Shown here: positions 13,285 to 26,259 of the stretch, one piece after another
Layout: each line of letters begins with the position of its first letter
Position numbering within the stretch: position 1 is the first letter of the stretch
Assembly (NCBI GenBank): GCA_001938485.1
Contig: MQRK01238726.1
Span: 1-50,273 of the forward strand
From: Girardia tigrina
Lineage: Eukaryota
Length of the DNA: 50,273 nt
Reading direction: 5' to 3'
Made by a program: the position numbers and the translations under genes
Notes under the pieces: generated by a model
Told to the model about the DNA's origin: nothing
Seen by the model: the letters and a program-made list of their open reading frames with translations, nothing else
Databases searched by the model: none

Positions 13285-14330
13285 TTAGGTTGGTCGAAAA
13301 ATAATGGCGGTTTTGGGACACAAACTTCAAAGACGTGCAAATTCACAGAAACAAAAGTTTATTAATCAAAGTATGAACCGTTGGCATCAATACATTTTTG
13401 NNNNNNNNNNNNNNNNNNNNNNNNNNNNNNNNNNNNNNNNNNNNNNNNNNNNNNNNNNNNNNNNNNNNNNNNNNNNNNNNNNNNNNNNNNNNNNNNNNNN
13501 NNNNNNNNNNNNNNNNNNNNNNNNNNNNNNNNNNNNNNNNNNNNNNNNNNNNNNNNNNNNNNNNNNNNNNNNNNNNNNNNNNNNNNNNNNNNNNNNNNNN
13601 NNNNNNNNNNNNNNNNNNNNNNNNNNNNNNNNNNNNNNNNNNNNNNNNNNNNNNNNNNNNNNNNNNNNNNNNNNNNNNNNNNNNNNNNNNNNNNNNNNNN
13701 NNNNNNNNNNNNNNNNNNNNNNNNNNNNNNNNNNNNNNNNNNNNNNNNNNNNNNNNNNNNNNNNNNNNNNNNNNNNNNNNNNNNNNNNNNNNNNNNNNNN
13801 NNNNNNNNNAGCATCACACCACCAAACTGTCACCATAACCTTACGGGGTGTTAGTTTCGGTTTTGGAAAATGTTTCGGTACTTCATCTTTGTCCAACCAC
13901 TGTGCAGATCGACGTCGATTATCATACAGGATCCATTTCTCATCATAGGTAAAAATACGATCAAGAAATGGATCGTTTTTATTGCGAAGATGATTGGCAG
14001 AACAAATTTCATAGCGTCGGTTCTTTTGATTTTCATTCAAATCATGTGGAACCAATTTATCAAGTTTCTTGATTTTTCCAAGTTGTTTTAAATGATCCAG
14101 GACTGTTGAATGACTAATGCCCAACTCATCTGCAAGTTCTCTGATTGTTGCACGGGGATCTGTTTCCACCATTGTCCTCAAATTGTCGTTGTTCACAGCA
14201 ACTTGGCGACTACGACCTTCTTCATCGTCAAGGTTTTCATCTCCATCAGAAAATTTTCGGAACTATCGTTGCACCGTGCGCTCAGAAGCTGTTTCCTGAC
14301 TACATCGACTGCCTTTGTGCCACAGATGTT
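13285..14330 (-). mobile_element. Mariner, cecropia (Hsmar1-like) subfamily, partly in N-gap, 5'-truncated
   Basis: KKLDKLVPHDL, DEKWILYDNRRRSAQWLD; TIR ttaggttggtcgaaaaataatggcggtt at 13285. Confidence 0.92.
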
Positions 14331-15440
14331 CTATTGTGAAGAGATTCTACTGTATAAACTTTACTCACATGGTGATTTGCGTACGCTGGCAGGAGAGAAA
14401 AGAGTTATTGTGCTGCTTTTCTCCAATCACTCATTTACAGTGCAATTTGTTAAAGTCTCAAAATGGGATAGAAATAAAAATTATAGACCTAGAAGATGTA
14501 GGATTCAAGTAATTAGCATTCTTCGTACGATTCTTGAAATGAAAAGATAAGGATATTAGGAAGTACATGTAATAGACATTGATCATTGGAATGCTTTTGA
14601 CAGTGTATCAAGGTCGGATTCTCGAACTATTCCTTTCGACAGGAATATACAGGAAGCTACAAAAGGAACAAATGGTTAACGAAACATTTAATCAAAGATT
14701 TAAGAATGGTTATCCAGAATAACCAACTGGAAGAAAAGACAGATTAATTATGTTCCTCGAATGAAGGACTTAGTTTTGGACTAATCGGATGACAAACTGG
14801 AAATGATGACGGATAAAGAGAAATCCTTTTTGCTGACTCATATGAAAGCAAAATATAATTTATTTGTCCTTTTCCCTGTTTTTCGAAAACTGCTGGTTCA
14901 GCCAAAGGATTTATAAATCATGAAACACGAGATCACAACCTGACTTTAAAATGTGCTAAAAAAGAACTGTCCAAGGTTTTGAAAGATCTCAGGATGATTA
15001 TAGCTAACTCTCTTTTGTTCCAAAAATTTTACTCAGAACAGAGTTTATGGTTCAACATCCTTTATACCAATACTGCTTATGCATTCATTAGACAAGTTGA
15101 GGTTGTATCCCCTATATAAACAAACCGACATCTCATGCTCCTAAAATTAATATCCAAGCATCCATTTCCACATATAAAAAGTATTTAAGTGAGACAAGCA
15201 TTATTAAAGGATTACTTAATTTCCATTTAACGATATAGGTCAGTGAAAAGGTAATGTTTGACAAACATTTATAATAAAAAGATGTGACGGACACTTAATT
15301 AACACCGCAATTACTCAATTTTTTTTAAAAAGTAATATTAAAATAAAAATAATTTAGTACTTACTCTAATTAAAAACAATTTTATTATTTATCTTAATTT
15401 AAATAAATATCTTGAAATATATTTCTAAATGAATTTTTAC

Positions 15441-15635
15441 CTGGAAGTAAATGTTTGGCGAGCTCGAATCAACAACTTTACCCACAACAAAATCTGTTTG
15501 GTCGGAGGTACTGACCATAAAATGCAAAATATATTTACCTCGAATATCGACGTTTAGAATGTTTGTTTCCAACATGGCTATAGAACTACTGATTTTCTTA
15601 CCATCCCCATGTTGCTCAGCATCTTTGTACATGGC
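15441..15635 (-). CDS. EFCAB5: EFCAB5-like exon (195 nt), start of GAF-like region: AMYKDAEQHGDGKKISSSIAMLE...
   Basis: cag acceptor, gtaaaa donor, phase 0/0. Confidence 0.88.
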
Positions 15636-15683
15636 CTGTCATTAGGATGTCATTAGGTGATCCTTATTTTCAATAATATATAC

Positions 15684-15964
15684 TTGAAAAACGGCTCTGT
15701 AAACAGAATCTATTGATCCACAGCTGATTTCTGCGGCCCAAAAGACTGAATTAAGCCATTTTCGACGAGCTTCGCCCCGTAATTTTTCGATGTAAGTACG
15801 TTGAACAAGAGTGATAAAATATTTGACCATTGTTTCTGTTTCATTTTCATTTTCAAGCATTTCGGTTTCTCTTGCAATTGTATAAATAAAAGTGCGGAAT
15901 TCTTTTCTGTTCAATTTTATATCTTTCACCCGTCGCCTTTGGGACATTCTAGCTTCTTTTCTCG
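15684..15964 (-). CDS. EFCAB5: EFCAB5-like exon (281 nt): ...RTYIEKLRGEARRKWL...VYRAVFQ
   Basis: Phase 1 tag acceptor, gtatat donor; followed by a 48-nt intron. Confidence 0.88.
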
Positions 15965-16689
15965 CTATTCAGAAATTAAAATTTTTAATGATTATTAAAT
16001 TAAATTAATATTGTGTACGAGCATACATATTTACAATAAAATTTACATATTTATATTTGAAGTACGCTTAAAAATATATAAGAAAAATATTAAGTATGAC
16101 ATGGGAGGCATTTATCCTTTATACGTACAACTGTTGCCAAAATAATATCATCTTTTCCAATTTTGTGACAGGGCGGATGAGCTCCTTGGAGCCAACGACC
16201 ATCCATACCTGGAGAGGAGATAGGCACCATCAGGGTACTTGCCTACTGAGACACTAAAAAATATCCAAACCCAAGCCATAATGCTTGTGCATAAGTGAGT
16301 ACACCAAAGGCCCAATGGCTACGGTACAAAAAATAATTAATTATACTTTTTACAAACAAACTATTAGGTTCGGACATATTTGACGAATCTGTTTCTCAGT
16401 CGAACTCAAAGGGGAAATTACACATAATTTCGTAATTTTATTTCAATAAAATTTCTGGTATTTAAAACAAATTTCAGAGGAACATTTTTTTCTATTCACA
16501 AACATTTAGAAATAAATATAATTTTATATAAATATGATTACGTTAAAATTTAATTTTTAAATTTTATAATCTCACAATTTTCAAATTTTTAATGACGTAA
16601 ATGTACAGTTTTTTAAATTTTTCAATTTTAAATTATAACGTTTTAAAATTTCGGGAGTACTAAATCCTAACAACCCCTGTTTTTGAACT

Positions 16690-17610
16690 TTTCCGCATTG
16701 AGTAATATGCGTATACCACTTTGATCCTTGAGTTTTCAACTCCTCTAATCCATCTGTTCTATAATTTATTATGGACCCTCAAATCTCTTCTCTCTTTTCG
16801 CCTTTATCTCCTTTATAACCCAGAGACACCCAGTCACTTTCTTCTGTGTTATTTTTAACTTTTATCTTTTGTCTTATATTTTCTCGAACTGTTTTATTGA
16901 TGAACCATTGTGGTCGCTCTATTTTCCTGCGAAACACCACGTCTGCTGAGCTGCAATCTTTCGTTTTCATTTTTTTGCTTTTATATCGAATTCCACCTGC
17001 GGTGGTATATCTGCCAGATTGTTTCATTTCTTTCTTTTAGGCTTGCTTGTTTAAATTCTCGTATTGTTCGAAAATGTCTCTCAATTATACCGTTTGTATT
17101 ATGGTAGTATGTTTCAGAGAAGACATGCTGGATGCCAGTGGAGTGTATAATTTATTTAACTTTCTTTGCTTCGAAACATTTCTCACAAACAACGTAAATC
17201 TCTTTTGCTGCTCAAAACTTTAATATCCATTTCTGCAGTATATCTTGTATTATTGTGTCCTCATGCTATCTTTTGATTGAAGTCAAGCTCACATATTTAC
17301 TAAAATGATCAATCATTCCTAAAATATATCTTTCTCTTCGTATCGTCTCTTTCCATGGTCCATCAATATTCAGGTATATTTTCTCAAATACTTCTGTTGA
17401 CATTATCTTCGTGGTTTCCTTCTTAGTTTTGGGTGTCATCGTCTTCCTCTGTTGACTTTATACACGCGTCTACTACTTCTTTTAATATTTTCCTTTCTTC
17501 CTCCATCTCAAACTTATCTTTCAAAATGTCATACAACTTTTTTCCTCCTACGTCATATAACAGTCTATGTGTTTTTATGATCAGCTCGTTTCGTTTCCAT
17601 TTTGACTTTT
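16690..17610 (-). mobile_element. Decayed Gypsy integrase fragment
   Basis: Reverse translation gives THRLL..VGGKKLYDILKDKF and EVFEKIYLNIDGP, similar to the integrase at 1-400. Confidence 0.7.
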
Positions 17611-17637
17611 GAGTAACCGTCGGAAAACAATTTTACA

Positions 17638-18104
17638 TGTGGCGCTTCAATTTTGCTTGAATAATCAAACCATTTAAATTTTAAAAATTTCAATAATGTA
17701 AATAACATTTAATTTTTTACTATTTTACTTTAAAAAAATTATTAATCAACTAATTTATTCGAAGCACATTTTCCTATACAAAAAAAACATTCAGAAATGT
17801 CTAAATTAGCTGGAAAAAAAATTCTTTCAGAAAAATTAAATCAACATTTAATCAAAAAAAACGAAAATGCCTTTTTTTGTTTAAATAATCAGATTTAGAA
17901 AAATGTCGAATTCAAAAACTGAAGAGTAACAAGAGATTTCAATTGTACAGGAACATTTTTATTTTAATAAATTTTGTAGTCGGTTTATTCTCCTTTTTGG
18001 TTTCCCCATACACGAGAACCGTGATCGAGCCCACTACATTATTGGTGTCAGAAGTGAAATGGTTTAAATGGTTTGATTATTCAATGAAAATAGAAGCGCC
18101 ACAT
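17638..18104. mobile_element. Putative MITE with ~41-bp terminal inverted repeats
   Basis: atgtggcgcttcaattttgcttgaataatcaaaccatttaaa vs its reverse complement at 18063-18104, 3 mismatches. Confidence 0.65.
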
Positions 18105-18370
18105 TACTAAAAATTGGTCAACAAACATATGCAGGCATAAAATTCAATACAATCAATTAGTGATAGTTTAACACTCATACAAACACACTTATACATATAT
18201 ACATGTTTACTTATTCTCTAAAATAATTTAATTTTTGTTACAACTGTACATGAAGAAATGATATTAATAGTGTCTTCAATTAGTAAATTTCTTATTAAAA
18301 ATAATATATTTTAGATTGTGAACTTGAGTCAGTACAAATAAAATATTAAAAGATAAATTTGTCATCTTAC

Positions 18371-18527
18371 CAGCTTTAACTGCGGACACCAACATTCCAT
18401 TTTTATATGTTTTCAATGTTTCTGATATTTCATTCATATTAACTGTTCCCGAATTGTCTTTGTCCCATGTGTTGAATAATTCATCAATCAAAATCTTCCT
18501 TTGGGCAGACATGGCAATCCGTCGAGC
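18371..18527 (-). CDS. EFCAB5: EFCAB5-like EF-hand exon (157 nt)
   Basis: Canonical 12-residue EF loop DKDNSGTVNMNE in LFNTW-DKDNSGTVNMNE-I; aag acceptor, G|gtaag donor. Confidence 0.9.
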
Positions 18528-18849
18528 CTTGATAAAAATGTATTTATTTATTATCGTTTTTATTTATTTGAAACAAAAGATATAATATTTATGATATTTG
18601 GTTGATCAAAACTTCTGCGTTATTATTGCAACAAGTTTGTTATTAAAATTGACATGATCGTACAAATATTACTAGACGTTCATGATTGTACAAATATTAC
18701 AAGGGTTTTTTTTAATTTTATTGTGACAATTATGTGACACTGATTACAATATCTAGAAAAAGCGTGATAGATCAGGATATTGTGCAAGATTTAACAAATT
18801 TAGTAGATCAATGATTTTTGTTTTTAGCAATCGATTATCTGGTAGATGA

Positions 18850-19045
18850 GAGTTATTAGTTACAATTTTTTTTCAACTCTCGGTTAACGGGGTGATTATC
18901 TTTTTATTCATGATTCATTAAAACTTTTGTCTTTGTCAGCAAAAACACCATCTAACAACGATTTGATGTCATCAACACTTGGGAATACTAATTTATTTAA
19001 GAAATTCTGCAAATTTCCAAATAAGTGAAAATCCGATCGAGAAAG
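18850..19045 (-). mobile_element. Mariner transposase C-terminal remnant
   Basis: SDFHLFGNLQNFLNK...DDIKSLLD by manual translation. Confidence 0.6.
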
Positions 19046-19479
19046 ACCATTATTTTTGTCTTCATACATGCATTAGACTCGATCAGAACTGATATTTTGT
19101 CGCCCTTAACTTCAAATGTTCAAAGTGGTACATAGTTCCTACGAAATTCCCCATGATAAGAACACAAATTTTCCAGATTTTGTAAAGAATTGTTTTCACA
19201 ATCATCTTAAGCACTTTCCTTATTCATTATTATATGGAGTTGATATAATTAACTTTATGTATTTAATTTAAAACTTCTACTTAATTTTACATTTAATTTC
19301 TGCCACAAATTATATTTAAAAACTTCCATTTACAAAAATTGGAAGTTACTTATTTTAAAATGTAAAAACTTGGTAAAATTTATTATAATTAATATAATGT
19401 TAATTCCAGAAATGAAAGGTATTCCATCAACAGTTAAATTTGATCAATAACCGCTTGATCCTAGAGTATATCAACTAGC

Positions 19480-20950
19480 CATATCAGTTGGAGAGGCGCG
19501 ATCTCAAAGCAATGCATAAAACTCATAACATATCACTTAGCAAAAGTATTACTGACATTCTCTTCTATTTAAATGACTTCAACCATTTTATCTAGTGACA
19601 AGATTTTCCTTTTTTCTTACTTTGGTTCATTATATTTCGTAATGATCAACAAGAATGTCTCCACATTGCATTAGCGTTAGAATATTTTTCGCCTTTTCAA
19701 TATTCCATTCTCCCATTGAGATTTATCAGGAAATTCATCCAAGTTTAAAATTATAGTGTTATTTGCTTTTTCGTAGTACTCCTAAAGATAATAGATTTCG
19801 AAATCAAAATATCGTATACTACTACTTCTATCAAATTCAGTTCTCCCAAACCTTTTACCATCAATTTTTGAACGGTAGATGTGCCTTTCATTATTCCAAA
19901 CGGCATTCTTTTAAAACAATACTATTCCTTCTTTGTTGAGAAAGATTTTTTAATTTTAAATTCGACTCCCAACTCTACTTGGTAGAAAGATTTCCTATGT
20001 CGAATGTTCTGAGATACTTTGTTTCATTCAATGTATTTTTCGTTTCGTCAACATTTGACATTGGGAACGGTAGTCTAATGTAATTTTATTTAGTTACCTT
20101 AAATCCACACATACTCGGATATAATTTATCTCCTCTTTTCATATACATTCTAGTAAAAAATTCCATGGGGAACTACACTTTTCGCTTATTCAGTTACCTT
20201 TTCAGTTTTAGAACATCATCTAGTTTCTCTCCAAAATGTTTTGGTTGTCGATAATGTTTCAAAAACACTGGTTATCCCTTAGTTTTTTATATTGTGTTTG
20301 ATAAGCTAAGTTTTATTCACGTCCCACTTATCAATCATAAATATTTTTCTGTAAATGATTATATTCTATAAAAAGTTTCATAAGTTAGTTTTCAACTTTG
20401 TAATTGTGCAATTTTTTAATCATCTTTAATCTATCTTTGTCCGAGAGGCTATCTCAAATCACCAGTATGTCCAACCTTTTTTTCTTTTTAACCTTCTTCC
20501 AAATTTTTCCATAAAATTGATTCAGGTAACCACTTTTAACTCGAGTTCCTTTACTACTGAAATCTTGTGTATTTATTGTTTCCTCATATCTTTTCATTTA
20601 ATTGGACGATTCCTTAGTTTACTAGTTGTGAGTCGTTCGTACAAAGGACAAGTTCCTTGTTTTTTTCTAATCTTAATATCTTACATACTTTATATTAAAT
20701 CGGCTTTTGTGAAACTGACTCTGACAGTTGTGCCTTTTTAATAAAAAATATGCTTGGTTGTCATTTTAATGTTTTAAAATTTATTTTAAACTTTTGTATT
20801 TTCAATATATTTGCTTAAATCTTTCTTTGTCTTCCTCTTTCTCTTTCGGTGCTATACCATTTTTCATTATTTTCTTCATACTAACAATCGAAAACGCAAA
20901 TCGCTAGAGGAATATTTTCATTTATACAGTCGAACAAACAACCACACATA
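19480..20950 (-). mobile_element. Highly decayed Gypsy gag/pol remnant
   Basis: SPWN, PFPMSNVDET and RMPFGI motifs are visible on the minus strand at ~19850-20190; outer limits approximate. Confidence 0.7.
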
Positions 20951-23842
20951 CATTGAGTCATAATACACATACATCGAAATTTAATATTTATTGGAACACA
21001 TTAATCACCTCTCTTTGTGATCTTATATCCTTGTTACCGTATTCGTATTTATTCGAATTTCCGTTCCGTGTTATATTCAATGTTTTGGATAATCACTTTG
21101 TTTTATCACAACAATAATCCAGTTTCGCTGCTGGATATTTCCTTTCGTATTTGTAACTCGTTCTTTATACTTAGAGTTTTTCTGTTTTCTGATCGGTTTA
21201 ACTCGTTTCTGGCTCTTAGATGTGTGGCCTAGTATTATTGTTAAGCAAAATAATTTTGCCTTGTATTTCGCTCCGTGCCAGTTGTTTCTACTTCAATGCT
21301 CAACTCAAGCGCATCAATTTAAGTCGGAAACGATCTCCAGTAATGGTTTTACTTGAATTCAGCAGTTCATAATAAACTACGACCCGTTGATCTCTCAAAT
21401 TCATAGAAGGAGCTTAGATCCATATTATTTTTAGTACTCATGATGATGGATGTCTTGGCTTAAACTATGATTTCCTACTAGTGGGATGATAATAATATAT
21501 GTGAAGAATGTTTTGAATTGTTTGTAGTTTTATATTTTGCATGCTGTATATTGATTAGGATTGTGTCTCCTACTCAGATGGTTGATTGGTATTTTCTTTG
21601 ATTCCTATTAATTGAAAATAATTTAATTTAATTTTAAATTAAAAAGACTTAAAATAATTTTCAAATGTAATACTTCAATTTTCGAATGTAATATTTAATT
21701 TTTAATGTAATTAATAATTTTAATATATTAATTTTATTGATCTTTTTAAAAATGTTTAAATTTAATGTTAACCAATTAGAATCTTGATAATTAATTAATA
21801 ATAATAAATATTTTTCATTTATTTGAAAAAAAATTAGGAAGAAACTTAGAAATATATTAATCAAGAAAAATGTTGAATGGTGAAAGTGGTTTGAATAATT
21901 GTTGTCATGACAATTTTGTTTGTGATATTAATAAATGTTAGAAAAATCATATTGATGTTGCTAATCATATATATACACACTTTTTATCACCAGTAGCAAT
22001 CCGATGTTTAAAACATTTTTTGTACCGTTGAAGCAGAAAGACCCAGGTCAAAATATCCCTAAGTTTTTATTCACATGGGACGAAATTTACTTCCTTTTAG
22101 ATCATTTCTAACTCTTTAAGTCGTTTTCCTACTGTTGAAAAGTCAACTTCCAATGATATGGACAAATCTTCAAGGGGTTGAAATGATCCATCCTCCACTA
22201 GTACCTCCAATATTTTATCTTCAAACCTTTTTGGCTGTCTATGTCTTTCCTTGTCTTCCAAGTCAAAGTTAACGTACTTGAAACACGCAAACTGACGCAG
22301 AAATGTTTACTCGGCTAAAGCCTAGTCACCTTGAACAAAAATCCGATGGCTTTTTGCAGTAGTTTTATTTATATGAAATCAATAAAACTAAATGCTTTGC
22401 AAAACACTTTATTTGATAAAAATTTAGACATGTTTAAATAATTTTGAGTTGATGTTACTAACAATTGATATTAAGATGAGTTGTCAAAATGATACTAAAT
22501 AAAAGTCTATTGAAGTTAAATTTATTTCTAAAGGCAAAAAAATCTTTTGTAGAACGTTATGAATTAATCCCAACGCCTAATATATTTTATTAGAAATTAT
22601 ATTTAATCTAAAATATATTTATTTTATATTTTTTTATTTAAAAAAATAGTTTATTAAAATTGTAAATTACTTATTTTAAAATACTAAAGTTTATATACCA
22701 AACATATTAGATTATGAGCTTAGAAGTCATGCAACAAAACATAAGGAATATTTTCATTTTGATTCTTCATTTTATATTCAATATAAAGTAATTTATTGAA
22801 ACAAAACCAGTTAATATTTTATAAGCATCAGGTTGCAGAATATGTAGTTGACTTTTACTTTTATCATCAATGCTCAAATCTGGTGAACACGATAATTGAA
22901 AGATTATTCTCAATTTCTGTTTCTCAAGAAACGTTTGGTTTTACGCGTCAAATTTGATATCAAGTTGGATACAAATGTTTGCTAATATTGTTGGATCTGC
23001 TCAAAGTTTCATGAAGTCAATTTATTGTATAATCAGCACTCACTGTCTTCTATGCTAATGTTACCGACAAGTAAAATGTATTATGAGGTATATTATATTG
23101 TCTGACAGCTAGTTGGGGGCTTCTAATCGAACGAAACCCAAAACTTTATAAAAAAGCTATAAAAATAAACCCCAATTTCATCATGTACAGTAGAGAGATG
23201 TTCTTTTTCTACTCAAAATCACCAGTTTTGTTTGATCAGCTATACCATCATGGAAACTCAAACAATGTTACAAATATAACATCTTTATAGGCAATTTATC
23301 AATATTTTAGGATCCCTTCACGTAAAATGTTGTCGTTTCTTCAAAACAACCTAGTAGGAAGGAGCAGATTCTGTTCAAATGCTTTCTTGAGTCTTCAATG
23401 TAGGTTTGCGTAGTTATAGTAGTATAATAGTCAATCGTGTCACAGGATCAATAGATTTGTTCATGTCTTCAGAGCATAATACACTTAACATGAATTTTCT
23501 CCAAAGCTTATTCTTGCTTTCACGTATTTACAGGCTTTGACAGTTTAAAAAAAATTGAAAATTATTAGGACACCTATTGCTACAGTTACAGTTTATCGTT
23601 TCAGAAAAACGTCAACAAATTCAAATTCAGGTTTGATTTTTTGTTATTCTACTTTGCAGATAGAATGTACAAATATTTACGCATTAAAGTAGAAAAAAAA
23701 GTAGAAAATAAAATTAATCTGAAAACTGTCTCAATTATTTATGGTTATATCTAGTAAAATGACATTTGTAATTATTTGCTATTCTAACGTAACAAAAGCA
23801 ATATATCCAAACGTATCGTGATTTCCTTTAAATCGTTTAAAC

Positions 23843-25565
23843 CAGGGATGGGCACACTTAAACGTTGTATGATCGACTAAAATTTTTATTACCTAACTGC
23901 GATCGACTAAAAGTTTTAATATTTAACTGCGATCGACTCTATCAGAAATAAGAAAGCATAACACAGTATGTTTATGAATTTTATTATAAAATTACATAAT
24001 TATTGTACAAGGTAAGTGTAATTAATTTTTGGATGTTGAGGCATGGCATTCCATTTTATCGCAAAGTCTTGTAAAGTTAGGTTTGTATTTACTGATACAC
24101 AGCCTGATAGATGTCATCAAGTGATTATCAATCAGATTTGTGAAAAGAAAAGAATTTTGCGAAAGTATTTTCATTTGCGAAAATGCTAATTTGCATAAAT
24201 AAGCGGAACCAAAGCATACAAATATTCTTGATGCTACTGATCGCAATAATGGAGTTTTTTTCCTCTGGTAGAAACATCCAAAAAATCATTTGCACGGGAT
24301 TTCAAAATTTAATCTGATTTTATTGTTAAAACTTCCAACTCTGATAAATTTAATTAGAAAATATGAGCTACATTGGATGACAAATCCTCGATATTATATT
24401 CGGCACATGGAAAGGAAATAAATTCAAAAATACTTTGAAAACGACTAAGGATTTGAAAATCGTCTCTCAAATTCTGAATTAATATTGTCTATTTTAGAAC
24501 AAAACTTTTCGATGTTGCATTGACCAGTAAGTTTAATCTGATTTTCCAAATATAGAAAATTCTTTAAGACATAATTTTTTAATTGTGGCGTATACAATTT
24601 TAATTTTGCTTTAAAAGCATTTACAGAACTGACTAACTCAATAATATTCTTTCCTTTTCCTTGTAATTGCAAATTGTGTGAGTTATAACGATCCATAAAT
24701 TCCTTTAGAGAAGCTAAATTTTGTAACTAAACTGGATCTTCCAACTTTTCTTGTTTTTCTCCCAACGAATTTAAAAATTGAACAATTTTAGACAAAAGAT
24801 TTTAAAATCTTTTTAAAAAGTTTTCCTGGCTACGCCAAATGACATTACAAAAAAGTAAAAAAATCTTCGTATCGTGAATCATTTTCTTCAAGATGAGTAC
24901 GGATTCCGGACTACGGAAGAGTCGCCTCCTTAAAGTACGGGTCCTTATTTTCATAATATAATTAACATCCAATATTTTTGCAAATAAGACGTTATGATAT
25001 TATGATCCAATTAAATGATATAAAATCAGGAAATTGTTTATTTTGTTGAAAAATAGTTACAAATCCATTTTTTTGACCAACCATTGCAAGTGCTCCATCG
25101 GTTGATATAGAAATCAACTTATGTAGATGCAATTTTGTTTCCTCTGTAAATGTAATAAATGTTGTGAAAATGTCTTCTTCTCGCATCGTACCTTTCATCG
25201 GAAGAATTGGTAAAAATTCTTCTTTTGTCGAAATATCGGAGAATATCATTCTTATAAATATATGTAATTAGTTATAATTAATTGTGCAGTATCAATGACA
25301 TCAGCTGATTCGTCTAACTGTAATGAAAAGAAGCTGCAGTTTTGTATATGATCTTCCAATTGTTGAGTTGCATTACCACTCATATCTTCATTACGTCGAG
25401 TTATAAATCGGCGAGAAAGTCGCAAATCTTTAATTGAATTATGAATTTTCTTTTTATTTTTAAAGTTTTTAAATAATTTTTCACTGCTCACAAAGAAAGC
25501 TTCACAAAGAAAACGTCGGCGATCTACTATCAAACAGCTCGCAATTCACCGTTTGCTCACTCCTG
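23843..25565 (-). mobile_element. hAT transposon (Buster/SPIN/GTF2IRD2-like), internally deleted
   Basis: TIRs cagggatgggcacac / gtttgctcactcctg; 8-bp TSD gtttaaac/gtttaagc; FSLQLDESADV, ISTDGALAMVG, NLQLQGK, FGSAYLCKLAFS; gatcgact subterminal repeats x3. Confidence 0.92.
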
Positions 25566-25912
25566 GTTTAAGCCATATGTGGGATAATTATTTTAACAAT
25601 GATGAATTAATATGTGTTTTAATATGCGAATTGTTTAAATATTTCGAAGTGTACATAACTTATTCAAATAAATTTCTTTTGCGACTCGCAATTTGTTTAT
25701 TACAACACCATATATAAATAAATAACTATTCAATAAAACACTTCTAATAAAATGTTTAATATAAAAACTTATAAAAATGAAATCTTCAAATCAGAAAAAA
25801 ATAATTCTTTCGATTGTTATCGTCACTTTTATTTCAGCGAGTTATAAGAATGCATAAATGAAAGCAAACATAATATATTAATTTAGAAAATTTAAAATAG
25901 AATTGTATTAAC

Positions 25913-26100
25913 TTTTTTCAATCTATTCAATCTTTCTTCTGGAGTTTCTTGATAACCTTCACGAATAAATTCAATGAGATCTTCCAGGATGTCAATAGCA
26001 AGAGTATCACCGAGAAATTCTTCGGTTATTTGAAAGAATTGTGGAAAACTTATATTATGTTCATCATAAGCTGTACTTTGAGTAGTACTAGATAATTTTG
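25913..26100 (-). CDS. EFCAB5: EFCAB5-like exon (188 nt): ...AYDEHNISFPQFFQITEEFLGD...GYQETPEERLNRLKK
   Basis: tttttag acceptor phase 1, gttaat donor phase 0; GYxETxEER motif typical of the family. Confidence 0.88.
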
Positions 26101-26259
26101 CTAAAAATAACAACAATAATAATCATATTTTATGATGTTTGCATTTAAGATTTACAAATTAATAAATATTATCATTATATAATATTATTTTGTTACGAAG
26201 AACCCGACAAACGCATTTGTACAAGAAAAAATGATATAATTAGATAATGTAAATTCAAG

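Noticed and set aside
13304-13948. Long ORFs spanning N-runs (also 32205-32420, 35901-36437, 47004-48012)
   Set aside because: Artefacts of assembly gaps translated as X.
14330-15130. Possible decayed Gypsy integrase on the + strand
   Set aside because: Only vague motif resemblance; it cannot be supported without a search.
23868-23940. gatcgact repeats with ~28-nt period, superficially CRISPR-like
   Set aside because: They are hAT subterminal repeats with similar spacers; eukaryotic context and no cas genes.
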